Assembly: GCA_965371225.1 (NCBI GenBank)
Contig: CBDUXP010000013.1
Location: forward strand, 10,767 to 74,766
Direction of reading: 5' to 3'
DNA length: 64,000 nucleotides
From: an uncultured bacterium
GTDB lineage: Bacteria > Abyssobacteria > SURF-5 > CBDUXP01
Positions 47,498 through 57,196 of the stretch are shown in pieces. Position 1 is the first letter of the stretch. Every line of letters begins with the position of its first letter. A program made the translations under genes and the position numbers. A model generated the notes under the pieces. It saw nothing but the letters and a program-made list of their open reading frames with translations. It searched no databases and was not told the origin of the DNA.

Positions 47498-47553
47498 AAA
47501 AGTGCGGGCAGGTTTGAACACGTGCGAACACGTGTGGAGGGGAATGAACGCGT

Positions 47554-47814
47554 ATGGCGAGCAGAGCAGGGGGGGAATCGCCGGTTCCGGCCGACGGGGA
47601 AATCCTGACGACGGAGGAGGCCTGCCGGTTCCTGAAGATCGGCCGCACCAAGCTGTGGCAACTCACGCAGGCCAATGAAGTCCCGGCCTACCGCGTCGGC
47701 AACAGTGCGCGCAGCGAGCTGCGGTACCTGCGCTCCGAGTTGCTGGCGTGGCTGTCGGGCAACCGGCTGACCGGGAAGCGGGCGCCCAAGGAAGCGCAGC
47801 CGGATCATGGGTAG
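47554..47814 (+). CDS. Small excisionase/BldC-like HTH (HTH_17) DNA-binding protein
   Basis: ILTTEEACRFLKIGRTKLWQL..VPAYRVG..LRYLRSELLAWL is the typical winged HTH_17 pattern. Confidence 0.85.
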   Translation: MASRAGGESPVPADGEILTTEEACRFLKIGRTKLWQLTQANEVPAYRVGNSARSELRYLRSELLAWLSGNRLTGKRAPKEAQPDHG

Positions 47815-47842
47815 CCGGCGCGCTCCGGCGCGGAGTGGCCCC

Positions 47843-48772
47843 ATGCGGCTGAGCATCGTCATTCCCGTCTACAACGAAGTTGAGAGCATCGGGGCCGTAA
47901 TCCATGACTGCATCCGGGTGCTCGACGCGGAAAAATTGCCGGGGGAGATCGTCGTGGCGGACGACGGCAGTACGGACGGCACGCCCGCCCTCCTGTACGA
48001 CTTGGCGGCGGACCTGCCCCGGCTTCGGGTGATCTGCTTCCGGCGGAATCGCGGGCAGACGGCCGCCATGGCCGCCGCCATCCAGTCTTCTACAGGGGAC
48101 GTGATCGTCGGGATGGATGGGGATGGGCAGAACGATCCGCGCGACATCCCGCTGTTGCTGGCGAAGATGGCCGAGGGCTACGACGTGGTGAGCGGGTGGC
48201 GCCGGGAGCGGCAAGATCGGTGGCTGAGCCGCACGTTCCCCTCACGCGTGGCGAACGCGATCATTCGTCTGGTCACCGGCGTGCCGCTGCACGACAACGG
48301 CTGCTCGCTGAAGGCCTACCGGGCGGCGGTGTTGCGCGCGCTGCCCCTGTACAGCGATATGCACCGCTTCTTGCCCGGGCTGTGCGCCGCGCGCGGGGCA
48401 CGCGTGGCGGAAGTCGCGGTGCGGCACCACGCGCGAGAGCACGGCCAGTCGAAGTACGGCCTATCGCGCATCTGGAAGGTGTTGCTGGACATTCTCGGGC
48501 TGAAGATGCTCATGACCTTCTCCAGCCGGCCCGCGCAATGGTTCGCGCTGTGCGCGGTGCCGTGGCTCCTGGTGGCGGTGCTCGCGTTCGGCGCGTGGAT
48601 CGTGGCGGCCTGGGCCGGGGAGAGCTTCGTGATCTTCCCCGCCATCAGTCTGCTCTGCGCGTACCTCGGCGTGCACCTGTTGGTTCTGGGGCTCGTGGGC
48701 GAGGCCTTCGTGCAGCACAGTCCGTACCGCGGCGTGGGTCTCATACTGCCCCTGGCGGAGGAAACGACATGA
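47843..48772 (+). CDS. Glycosyltransferase family 2, polyprenol-phosphate glycosyltransferase (ArnC/GtrB/DPM-like)
   Basis: SIVIPVYNE, DDGSTD, RNRGQ, MDGDGQNDP, DNGCSLKAYR, HRFLP, two C-terminal TM. Confidence 0.92.
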   Translation: MRLSIVIPVYNEVESIGAVIHDCIRVLDAEKLPGEIVVADDGSTDGTPALLYDLAADLPRLRVICFRRNRGQTAAMAAAIQSSTGDVIVGMDGDGQNDPRDIPLLLAKMAEGYDVVSGWRRERQDRWLSRTFPSRVANAIIRLVTGVPLHDNGCSLKAYRAAVLRALPLYSDMHRFLPGLCAARGARVAEVAVRHHAREHGQSKYGLSRIWKVLLDILGLKMLMTFSSRPAQWFALCAVPWLLVAVLAFGAWIVAAWAGESFVIFPAISLLCAYLGVHLLVLGLVGEAFVQHSPYRGVGLILPLAEETT

Positions 48773-49785
48773 CGACTATTGCCCAGGCATCCATCCCGCC
48801 GGTTGCGGGGCCCGACACTGCGGCCGACGCGCACGACCCCGAGGCGGCGGCTGCGGCTCCTGCGGTGTCCCTCATCGTGCCGGTGGTGGAACGGGCCGGG
48901 GACCTCCGCGAAATCTACGCCGCCTATGCCGAGGCGCTGGAGGCCGCGGGCTACACGTTCGAATGTCTCTTCGTGATCAACGCCGGCTGGGACACGGTCG
49001 CGGCACAGGCGGAGGCGCTGGCGCAGGAAGACGACCGCGTACACCTGCATCGCTTTCGGCGGAATTTCGGCGAGTCCGCCTCCTTGAGCTACGGCATTCG
49101 GCAGGCGCGCGGGGCCATTCTCTGCACCATCCCCGCGTACCTCCAGGTGGAACCGGCCGCACTGGTGCCGTTAATCCGGGCGGTGGAAGCCGGGTCGGAC
49201 CTGGTCATCGCGCGCCGCTGGCCGCGCACCGACCCGGCCCTGAACCAGTTGCAGACGCGGCTGTTCGCGTGGCTCGTGGGGAAGACCGCGCACGTGCGCC
49301 TGCGCGACGTGAGCTGCGGTGTGCGCGCCATGCGCCGCGAAGTGGCGGAACGCCTGCCCCTGTACGGCGATCTGCACCGCTTCATCCCGGTGCTCGCGGA
49401 CCGCGAAGGGTACCGGGTTACCGAGATCGACGCGCGCCAGAGCGCGCAGGACTCCACGCTGCGCATCTACGGCGGCACCACGTATCTGCGCCGGCTGTTG
49501 GACCTGCTGACGCTGGTGTTCCTCGTGCGCTTCACGCACAAGCCCCTGCGCTTCTTCGGCATGATCGGTGCCGCACTCTTCGGCACGGGCGTGCTAGTGG
49601 ACGGATATCTGACCTTGCAACGCCTGTTCGGGGAGACGGCCCTCGCGAACCGGCCCCTGCTGCTCCTGGGCACGCTGCTGATCGTGCTCGGCGTGCAGAT
49701 CGTGTCGGTGGGGTTGCTCGGGGAAATCGTCGTGTACGTCAATGCGCGACAGGGATCTGATGACGTCTTCCGTCCCCAGCCCTAG
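48769..49785 (+). CDS. ArnC/GtrB-like GT2 paralog lacking catalytic motifs (probable pseudo-enzyme)
   Basis: Colinear with the upstream GT2 (RRNFGE, DVSCGVRAMR, YGDLHRFIP, two TM), but DDGSTD is replaced by NAGWD and DGDGQNDP by PAYLQVEP. Confidence 0.85.
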   Translation: MTTIAQASIPPVAGPDTAADAHDPEAAAAAPAVSLIVPVVERAGDLREIYAAYAEALEAAGYTFECLFVINAGWDTVAAQAEALAQEDDRVHLHRFRRNFGESASLSYGIRQARGAILCTIPAYLQVEPAALVPLIRAVEAGSDLVIARRWPRTDPALNQLQTRLFAWLVGKTAHVRLRDVSCGVRAMRREVAERLPLYGDLHRFIPVLADREGYRVTEIDARQSAQDSTLRIYGGTTYLRRLLDLLTLVFLVRFTHKPLRFFGMIGAALFGTGVLVDGYLTLQRLFGETALANRPLLLLGTLLIVLGVQIVSVGLLGEIVVYVNARQGSDDVFRPQP

Positions 49786-51265
49786 CCGCGCCGGACGCGG
49801 TTGGGATCGCCGCGACTGGATCTGCCTCGCGCTTCTGCTCGTGGGCGCGGCCGCGTTGCGCCTGCCTACGTTGGGGCGCTGGAGCATCTGGATGGATGAG
49901 GCGTTCACCATCCACGATGCGTTCGTGCCCCCGGGGGCCGCGTCCAGCGCCGCGATTGGGCTGTCGGGACCGCAACCGCTGAACTACTGGCTGGTGAGTT
50001 TCGCGCTCCGGTGGTGGGGCACGAGCGAAGTCAGCGTGCGCTTGCTGCCCTGCCTCACGGGCATCGCCGCGGTGGGCGTGCTGTACGCCGGCATGCGCCG
50101 GAATGTGGGGCGGGGGTGTGCGTTCCTGGCCGCCAGCTTCTTGGCGCTCTCCTCGTGGCACGTGTACTGGTCGCAGAACGCGCGGCATTACGCGCCCATG
50201 ATGCTGGCCGCCACGGTGGCGGCCTTCGCCGGCTTCGAGGCGATTCATCGGCGCCGCATCGGGTGGGGGGTCGTGGCGCTCGCGGCGCTGGCGGTCGCCA
50301 CGTTGACGCACCTGACCGCCGTGCTGTTGGCGGGCGCGCTGGGGCTCTTCGCGGTGTGGCGGTACGCCGGAGAGTGGCGGCGGCTGTCCGCGCGCGGGTG
50401 GATGGTCGTGGCGCTGCTGGTCGGGGGCTTGGGGACGCTGTTCATGCTGCGCGCCTGGACCGTGTTCGAACAACTGGCGGCAAAAGTGCAACCCGGCGGC
50501 AGCCTGCCGTACTTCCTCGCCACAGTCCTCCAGTATGTGGAAATTCCCTTGCTGGTGGCGGCCGGCGCGGGCCTCATCGCGGCGTGGAACGCCGACCGGG
50601 CGTGGGGCGCTTTTCTCGGCGCGTACGCGCTCGTACCCCTGGCCGGCATCATGGCGTGTGCGCTGGTGTGGAACGTCAGCGCCTTGTATGCGTTCGCCGT
50701 GCTGCCCGGCGTGTGCGCCCTGGCAGCGCACGCGGCCACCGGGCTGGCGCGCGCGCCGCTTGGGGGACCGCTCGCGGGTGCGCTCGTGGCGCTGGTGGTC
50801 CTGGGCCATCAGGCGGGCGAGACGCTGCTGTACCACACGCATCGGCATGGGAACCGCCCGCGCTGGCGGGAAGCGGCCGCGTACCTGCAGCAGCAGGGCG
50901 TGCCCCCCGCCGCGATCGCGAGCACCGGGGCGCCCGCCCTGGCGTACTACCTGGACTATGCGCCGACGGAGTTGCGCGCGCCCCAACCCATCACGTGGTT
51001 AGGGCCGCCGGAGAGCGTCGACCGCGTGATCCGTGCGCCGGGCCGGCAATGGCTCGTGGTGAAGGCCGATCGGCTGGCCCTGACGGACCCGGATGGCCGG
51101 TTGCGCGCGTGGCTGGCGGACCATGCGGTGATCGTGGCCGAGTACCCCGCATGGACGAACGTGAAAGACCGGACGATTCGGATTTATCGGTCGGACCCGG
51201 CCGCGCCCTCGCCCACGTCGCGCGCCCATGCGCCGGCGACCGCGCCGCCCCGGGAGGCCACATGA
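49742..51265 (+). CDS. GT-C fold glycosyltransferase (GT39/ArnT-PMT-like)
   Basis: WSIWMDEAFT first-loop DE motif, about 11 TM, SQNARHY, periplasmic C-terminal tail. Start is 49742 or 49760. Confidence 0.8.
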   Translation: MRDRDLMTSSVPSPSRAGRGWDRRDWICLALLLVGAAALRLPTLGRWSIWMDEAFTIHDAFVPPGAASSAAIGLSGPQPLNYWLVSFALRWWGTSEVSVRLLPCLTGIAAVGVLYAGMRRNVGRGCAFLAASFLALSSWHVYWSQNARHYAPMMLAATVAAFAGFEAIHRRRIGWGVVALAALAVATLTHLTAVLLAGALGLFAVWRYAGEWRRLSARGWMVVALLVGGLGTLFMLRAWTVFEQLAAKVQPGGSLPYFLATVLQYVEIPLLVAAGAGLIAAWNADRAWGAFLGAYALVPLAGIMACALVWNVSALYAFAVLPGVCALAAHAATGLARAPLGGPLAGALVALVVLGHQAGETLLYHTHRHGNRPRWREAAAYLQQQGVPPAAIASTGAPALAYYLDYAPTELRAPQPITWLGPPESVDRVIRAPGRQWLVVKADRLALTDPDGRLRAWLADHAVIVAEYPAWTNVKDRTIRIYRSDPAAPSPTSRAHAPATAPPREAT

Positions 51266-52470
51266 CCGGGAGCGCGCGCGGGACGGCGATGGCGGGGCCG
51301 CCGCTTACTGCGAAGCCGGCCGCCGTGCCCGTGCTGTACGTGGACGCGAGTTTGACCGTGGGCGGTGCGCCCACGTCGCTCGCATTGCTGTTGCGCCACG
51401 TGCAGGGGGTCCGGCCTGTGGTGCAGTACAGCCTGCCCGAGTCGCAGGCCACGCCGTTTTCGGCATGGGACGCCACGTACGTGCCCCACTGGGATCCCCC
51501 CGTTACCGGCAAGGGCTGGCGTAAGGATGGCGCGCGCAATGGGGGCGTGCCGGCATTGCTGCACGTGGGACAGCGTCTGTGGCGCCAATTGCGCCCCGCG
51601 GCGCAACGGACGGCGGCGCTGGCGCGCGCTTCGGGTGCGCGGCTGATTCACTGCAACAACCAGATCAGCACGAACTTGCCCGCGATCCTGGCGGCGCGCT
51701 GGCTGGGCATTCCCTGCATCGTGCATCACCGGGGTTATGAGCGTGGCGCCCGGCTGCCCCGCGCCTTGTCGCGCTTCGTCGCCCACCACATCTGCGTGTC
51801 CCAGAGCATCGCGGACCACTTGATCGCGTGGGGCGTGCCGGCCGCCAAGGTCAGCGTGATCCACAACGGGATCGCCGTCGAAGCGGGACCACCGCCGCGG
51901 CCGTGCACGCCGACGGTGACCGTAGGAGCGGTGGGCCGGTTCGTGCGCTGGAAAGGTCTTCACGTGGCGGTCGAGGCGGCGTTGCGCGTCGCGGTGGATT
52001 GTCCCCAGGCGCGGTTCATGTTCGTCGGCGGCGTCCACCCGAACATCCCCGAGTATCACGCCGAGCTGGAAGCACTGGTGAAAGCCGGCCCGCAGGCGGA
52101 CCGGATTGCGTTCCTCGGCCATCGGGCCGATGCGGCGGCGCTTATGCAGCAGATGGACATTCTCATGCACACGTCCATCGAGCCCGAACCGTGCGCGCGG
52201 GTGCTGCTCGAGGGCATGGCCGCCGGTTGCGCGGTGGTCACCACCGATGTGGGCGGATCGCCCGAGCTGGTGGCCGATGGCGCGGGCCGCGTGTTGCCTG
52301 CGGGGGATGTGGACGCCTTGGCGCGCGAACTGCGCGCGCTCATTACCGACCCGGCGGCGCGGCGGGCGTTGCAGGAGCGCGGGCTGGCCCAAGTGCAGGC
52401 CCGCTTCAGCGCCGCGCGCGTGGCGCGGCAAGTGGAGGGGTTGTATGCCGTCTGCCTCGGCACGGCGTGA
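51262..52470 (+). CDS. Glycosyltransferase family 4
   Basis: ATGA overlap; GGAPTSL, IHNGI, GRFVRWKG, EPCARVLLEGMAAG. Confidence 0.9.
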   Translation: MTGSARGTAMAGPPLTAKPAAVPVLYVDASLTVGGAPTSLALLLRHVQGVRPVVQYSLPESQATPFSAWDATYVPHWDPPVTGKGWRKDGARNGGVPALLHVGQRLWRQLRPAAQRTAALARASGARLIHCNNQISTNLPAILAARWLGIPCIVHHRGYERGARLPRALSRFVAHHICVSQSIADHLIAWGVPAAKVSVIHNGIAVEAGPPPRPCTPTVTVGAVGRFVRWKGLHVAVEAALRVAVDCPQARFMFVGGVHPNIPEYHAELEALVKAGPQADRIAFLGHRADAAALMQQMDILMHTSIEPEPCARVLLEGMAAGCAVVTTDVGGSPELVADGAGRVLPAGDVDALARELRALITDPAARRALQERGLAQVQARFSAARVARQVEGLYAVCLGTA

Positions 52471-53764
52471 GCGGGTAGCGGGCGGCACGTTCGCCCGCTT
52501 CGCGTGGGGGCTGCTGCTCGTCTTCGTCATTCTGTACTTCGCGCGCCCGCAGGACACGTACGGCTTCGCGTTTCCCGGCCTGCTGAAGATCGTGGCGCTG
52601 CCCATGTGCGGGTGTTGGGTGCTCGCCATCGTCGTGGAGGGGTGCTGGCCCCCGCTGCACGTCCGGCAGGTGCGCTGGCTGTTGGGCCTGCTCGCGCTGA
52701 TGGCGTTCTCCACGGTATTCGCGCTCGTGTTCCGCTACGCCATCCTGAGCACCATCTACGTGGGGCAACACATCGTGTTGCCCGTCATCGTCGCGGCGAC
52801 CTTGGTGTCCACCCGGGAGCGCTTCTATACGTTGATGCACTGGTTCGCCGGCGCGGTAGCCCTGCTCGCGGTGGAGGGGGTGCGGATTTACGTGTTGCCG
52901 GGCGGCCGCCGCTGGGCGGGCGGCATCAGCGGACACTTCGTCGGCGGCCCGAACGAATTCGCGCTCTTCGTCGCCATGTTCCTGCCGCTGCTCGTGTTCA
53001 TGGCGCTCACCCGGAAGACGGTGCGCTGGCGCCGGGTGTGGTGGGTGCTCAGCGCCTGCGCCCTCGCCGGTGCCGTCTTCACCTTTTCCCGCGGCGCGTT
53101 CCTCGCCCTCGCGGGCATGGGGTGCTACATGCTGTATCGGTCGTCGGGCCATCGTGGAGGCTTGGCCGCCATGGCGGTGGGCGTGCTGCTGGTGCTCTAC
53201 CTGGCGCTGCCCGCGTCGTACTGGGAGAATCTGCAAGGGGTCGGGCCCCACCGGACCCGCAGCGGGAAGGTGGAGTTTGCCGACGGCTCCGCGCAGGGCC
53301 GGTACGAAGCCTGGCAGGCGGCGGTCCTCATGGCCAAGGATCGTCCGCTGACCGGCGTCGGCCCCGGCAACTCCTGGGCGGCCATGTGGGAGACTTACCG
53401 GCCCGAGGGGGTGAAACGCGCCCGGCCGGCGCACAGCATGTACTTCGACATGCTGGGGGACCTGGGTATCCCCGGCGTGCTCTGGCTCGTCGGCCTCGGC
53501 GTGCTCAACGTGCGGACGGCGCGTGCCGTCCAGCGCAAGGCGGCGCAGGACGGCGATCGGGATGCGGCGCTCCTGGGCCAGGCGCTTGAGCTGAGCGTGG
53601 TCGGGCTCATGGTGGGCGGCGCGTTCCTGTCCGTCGCGTTCCACCCGCAGCTGTACTGGCTCGCGTTCTTTATCGGCGCGCTGGGCGACGTGGGCATCGC
53701 CGCCCCCGCCGCGGCGCCGGTGCCGGTCCCCGTGCGGCCGCGCTACGGGTTGGTGCGCACGTGA
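52445..53764 (+). CDS. O-antigen ligase/Wzy_C family protein, similar to exosortase-associated O-glycosylation ligases
   Basis: About 12 TM; GPNEFAL, TFSRGAFL, DGSAQGRYEAWQAA..PLTGVGPG, AHSMYFDMLGDLGIPG, AFLSVAF. Start uncertain. Confidence 0.82.
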   Translation: MPSASARRERVAGGTFARFAWGLLLVFVILYFARPQDTYGFAFPGLLKIVALPMCGCWVLAIVVEGCWPPLHVRQVRWLLGLLALMAFSTVFALVFRYAILSTIYVGQHIVLPVIVAATLVSTRERFYTLMHWFAGAVALLAVEGVRIYVLPGGRRWAGGISGHFVGGPNEFALFVAMFLPLLVFMALTRKTVRWRRVWWVLSACALAGAVFTFSRGAFLALAGMGCYMLYRSSGHRGGLAAMAVGVLLVLYLALPASYWENLQGVGPHRTRSGKVEFADGSAQGRYEAWQAAVLMAKDRPLTGVGPGNSWAAMWETYRPEGVKRARPAHSMYFDMLGDLGIPGVLWLVGLGVLNVRTARAVQRKAAQDGDRDAALLGQALELSVVGLMVGGAFLSVAFHPQLYWLAFFIGALGDVGIAAPAAAPVPVPVRPRYGLVRT

Positions 53765-54921
53765 CCCCGCGGTGCCAGGTCGACGTGCTGCAGGTGGTGC
53801 CCACGCTCGCGGTCGGCGGCCTCGAGCGGGTGGCGACGGACTTGTGCGTGCAGTTGCGCGACCGGTTCCAGATCGGCGTCGCGTGCCTGCGGGGCGAGGG
53901 CCCTCTGGCCGAGGTGCTCCGCGACGCCGGCGTGCCCGTGTACAGCTGGGGCCCGCAACACGGACGCCGGGGCGGATACTCTGCGCCCCTTCGCCTGCGC
54001 CGGTTGCTGCGCGACAGCCCCGTGCGCGTGGTGCATTCCCACAATCCGCCGTCGCTGTTCAGCAGTGTCCCCGCCACGCGCGGCCGTCCTGGTATTCAGC
54101 TCATCCACACGGACCACGCCCGCAAGTTTCCCGGCCGGCGGCACTACATGCTCGGCGAACGGCTGTGCGCGCCGGCGACCTATCGTTTTGTGGCGGTCAG
54201 CGAGCGGGGCAAGCGGGACGTGATGCAGTACGAACACATTCCCGCCGCGCACATTCAGGTCATTCCAAACGGGGTAGAGACGGCCCGCTTCGCGTCGGTG
54301 CCGCCGCCGGCGTTCGATCCCGAGCGCGGAATCGTACTCGGTGCAGTCGCGCGCCTCACCCAGGAAAAAGCGCTCGGCGCGCTGCTCGACGCTGCCGCGA
54401 CGCTCGTAGCGGAAGGCCTGTCCATCCGGGTGCACCTGGCCGGCGATGGTCCCTTGCGCCCGCACCTGGAACAACAGGCGCGTACGCTCGGCCTGGCCGA
54501 CCGCGTGCACTTCCTCGGGTATCGGGCGGACGTGCCCGCCGTGCTGGCCGCGGTGGATGTGGTGGTGTCATCCTCGACGCGGGAGGGGATGCCGCTCGGA
54601 CTCTTGGAGGCCATGGCGGCGGGACGGCCCGTGGTGGCGACCGCGGTGGGGGGCGTGCCGGAAGTGGTTGTCGACGGTGAGACGGGGCTGTTGGTGCCGC
54701 CGGGCGATGGGCCCGCGCTGGCCGCAGCGGTGCGGCGGGTAGTGGTGGACCCTGCGTGGGGCCGCGCGCTCGGCGCGGCGGGCCGCGCGCGGGCGACGGC
54801 GCACTTCTCGCTGGCGCGCACCGTGGCGCAGTATGCCGCCCTGTACGACGAGGCGTTGGCGAGCCTGGGGGCGTGCGCGCGGGCGACCGCCTCCGCCGCC
54901 GCGCTGGGAAGGCTGCTGTAG
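53761..54921 (+). CDS. Glycosyltransferase family 4
   Basis: GGLERV, HSHN, IPNGVE, ARLTQEKAL, REGMPLGLLEAMAAG. Confidence 0.92.
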   Translation: MTPRCQVDVLQVVPTLAVGGLERVATDLCVQLRDRFQIGVACLRGEGPLAEVLRDAGVPVYSWGPQHGRRGGYSAPLRLRRLLRDSPVRVVHSHNPPSLFSSVPATRGRPGIQLIHTDHARKFPGRRHYMLGERLCAPATYRFVAVSERGKRDVMQYEHIPAAHIQVIPNGVETARFASVPPPAFDPERGIVLGAVARLTQEKALGALLDAAATLVAEGLSIRVHLAGDGPLRPHLEQQARTLGLADRVHFLGYRADVPAVLAAVDVVVSSSTREGMPLGLLEAMAAGRPVVATAVGGVPEVVVDGETGLLVPPGDGPALAAAVRRVVVDPAWGRALGAAGRARATAHFSLARTVAQYAALYDEALASLGACARATASAAALGRLL

Positions 54922-54923
54922 TC

Positions 54924-56039
54924 ATGGCCGTGGTGTTCTGGGTGAGCCTCGGCGTGGTGGCTTACACGTACGTCGGCTACTTTGTGGTGCTCGTTTTGCT
55001 GCGCGGCCTGCGGTCCCGTCCCGTTCATGCGGCCCCGGCCACACCGGCACTCAGCGTTATCGTCCCAGTGCACAACGCCGGTTCCCGCATCGGGGCCAAG
55101 CTCGACAACCTCCTGGCCTCGGACTATCCGCGGGAGGCGATGCAGATCATCGTCGTGTCCGACGGGTCCACCGACGACACGGTGTCTGTGGTGAACGCCC
55201 GTGCCGACGAGGGCGTCACGTTGCTCGCGCTCAGCGTGCGGGGCGGCAAGGAGGTGGCGCAGCGGGCGGCCCTGGCGCACGCCACCGGCGACATCTGCGT
55301 GTTCACGGATGTGGCGGCGCGGATCGAACCGGACGGGCTGCGGCGCATCGTGGAGCCGTTCGCCGATCCCACAGTGGGCGCGGTCACGGGGCACAACATC
55401 GCGGGCGCCGGGAGCGCGGAGCGCACGTTCATCGGGTACGACATGATGCTGCGGGAACTGGAATCGGCGCTCGGCAGTGTGGTGGGGCTCAGCGGCGCGT
55501 TCAGTGCCCTGCGGCGCGAGCTGTGCGATGTGTGGCCGGAAGATGTGCCCAGCGATTTCTACATGATGCTAGTCACCGTGCTGCGCGGGTACCGGGGCGT
55601 CTACGCGCGGCGCGCGACGGTGCGATACGGAGTGGTGCACTCCCTGCCGGCGGAGTTCCAGCGCAAGGTGCGTACCGTGCAACGCGGGTTGGCGGCGCTC
55701 ATGCGCGTGCCCCGCGTCCTGCTCCCGTGGCGCACCGGGGTATTCGCGCTGCAGGTGTTCAGCCACAAGCTGCTCCGCTGGTGCGTCCCCTTCTTCCTCG
55801 CCCTCGCGCTCGCGAGTAACATCGCCCTCAGCGGGTCCGCGCCGTACGCGTCGCTCCTGCTGGTGCAACTGGTTGCCTACGCCGTGGCCGCGGCGGCGCT
55901 GCTGCGCCCGCGCCTGCAAGCCTTCTTCCCCTTCCGGCTGCTGGGATTTTTCATTGTGTCGAACGCGGCGGTAGTGGTGGCGTGGTTGCGCTACTGGCGC
56001 CAAGGGGGGGTGCAGGTATGGCAGCCGTCCGTGCGGTAG
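54924..56039 (+). CDS. Glycosyltransferase family 2 (membrane-bound, PgaC/IcaA-like type common in exosortase loci)
   Basis: SVIVPVHN, SDGSTD, GGKE, FTDV, GAFSALR, SDF, EFQRKVR, SHKLLRW. Confidence 0.88.
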   Translation: MAVVFWVSLGVVAYTYVGYFVVLVLLRGLRSRPVHAAPATPALSVIVPVHNAGSRIGAKLDNLLASDYPREAMQIIVVSDGSTDDTVSVVNARADEGVTLLALSVRGGKEVAQRAALAHATGDICVFTDVAARIEPDGLRRIVEPFADPTVGAVTGHNIAGAGSAERTFIGYDMMLRELESALGSVVGLSGAFSALRRELCDVWPEDVPSDFYMMLVTVLRGYRGVYARRATVRYGVVHSLPAEFQRKVRTVQRGLAALMRVPRVLLPWRTGVFALQVFSHKLLRWCVPFFLALALASNIALSGSAPYASLLLVQLVAYAVAAAALLRPRLQAFFPFRLLGFFIVSNAAVVVAWLRYWRQGGVQVWQPSVR

Positions 56040-57196
56040 CCGGCGCCCCCCTGCGGGTTGGCCACGTGCTCACCGGCGACGCGTGGGCCGGCGCCGAAGC
56101 GCAGGCGTGGCACTTGGTGCACCGGTTGCCGGAACATGGCGTGCAGCCGCACGTGGCGCTCCTGAACCCGGGCGAAACGGCGGAGCGGTTCGCAGCGCTC
56201 GGCGTGCCGGTCACGCTGCTGGACGAGCACGTCCTCGGCCGGCGTGCGCTGGCGCGGCGGTTGCGCGCGTGGATGGGGGACGCGCGTCTGAACCTCGTGC
56301 ACACACACAAGTACAAGAGCCACCTGTTCAGCGTCTGGGCGACGCGCGGCGACGCGGGGCCCGCGATCGTCCGCACACTCCACGGCGCACCGGAGGTGCC
56401 CGCCGGGTGGCGCTGGGTGAAGGGCAGCGTCGCGAACGCGCTCGACGGCTGGGCCCTGCGCGGGCGCACGGCGGCGGTCATCGCGGTGTCCCAGGAACTG
56501 GCGGCCCGGTTCCGTTCACGTCTGGGCCGGACGCCTTTGCACACGATTCCCAACGGGGTGGTCTGTCCGCCGGTGCCGCCGGCCGTCCCGCCACATCCGC
56601 CGCGCTTGGTCTTCTGCGGCCGGCTGGCGCCGGTGAAGCGTGTGGACCGGCTCATTCGCGCGCTCGCGGTGATCCGCGCCGCCGTTCCCGAGGCGGAACT
56701 CTGGATCGTCGGCACCGGGTCGGAGGAGCCGGCGTTGCGCGCACTCGCTCGCTCGGTGGGCGTGTCCGAGGCGGTGCAGTTTTGCGGGTGGCGGCCGGAC
56801 GTACCGGACCTGTTGGCGCAGAGCGATGTAGTCGTGATGAGTTCACGGCACGAGGGGTTGCCCATGATCGTGTTGGAGGCCGGCGCGGCGGGGAAGCCCG
56901 TCGTCGCGCCCCGCGTCGGTGGCATTCCGGAAGCCGTGCGCGACGGGGAGACCGGCGTCCTGGTGGATGACGCCACGCCGACGGCACTCGCGGCGGCGTG
57001 CGTGTCGGTGTTGCAGGATCGCGCGCGCGCGGACGCCATGGGCCGCGCAGCGCGCCAGCATGTGGCGACGAACTTTTCGGTGGAAGCCATGACGGCGGCC
57101 ACGAGCGCGCTGTACACCGCGGTGCTCGCCGGTGCGGTAGATGTGAACCTGCGGCCGGCGCCGGCTGCGTCTGCGGTGGGGGAGGGGGCGGCATGA
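56018..57196 (+). CDS. Glycosyltransferase family 4
   Basis: WAGAEAQ, VHTHKYKS, IPNGV, GRLAPVKR, HEGLPMIVLEAGAAG. Confidence 0.9.
   Translation: MAAVRAVAGAPLRVGHVLTGDAWAGAEAQAWHLVHRLPEHGVQPHVALLNPGETAERFAALGVPVTLLDEHVLGRRALARRLRAWMGDARLNLVHTHKYKSHLFSVWATRGDAGPAIVRTLHGAPEVPAGWRWVKGSVANALDGWALRGRTAAVIAVSQELAARFRSRLGRTPLHTIPNGVVCPPVPPAVPPHPPRLVFCGRLAPVKRVDRLIRALAVIRAAVPEAELWIVGTGSEEPALRALARSVGVSEAVQFCGWRPDVPDLLAQSDVVVMSSRHEGLPMIVLEAGAAGKPVVAPRVGGIPEAVRDGETGVLVDDATPTALAAACVSVLQDRARADAMGRAARQHVATNFSVEAMTAATSALYTAVLAGAVDVNLRPAPAASAVGEGAA

Noticed and set aside
47554-47814. Prophage or ICE excisionase
   Set aside because: No integrase, att site or phage genes; the gene is embedded between a promoter and glycosyltransferases.
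5879-56010. G7-G8/C7-C8 tracts (e.g. 5879, 13696, 38473, 42874, 56004) as phase-variation sites
   Set aside because: At about 70% GC many such runs are expected by chance in 64 kb, and the reading frames across them are intact.
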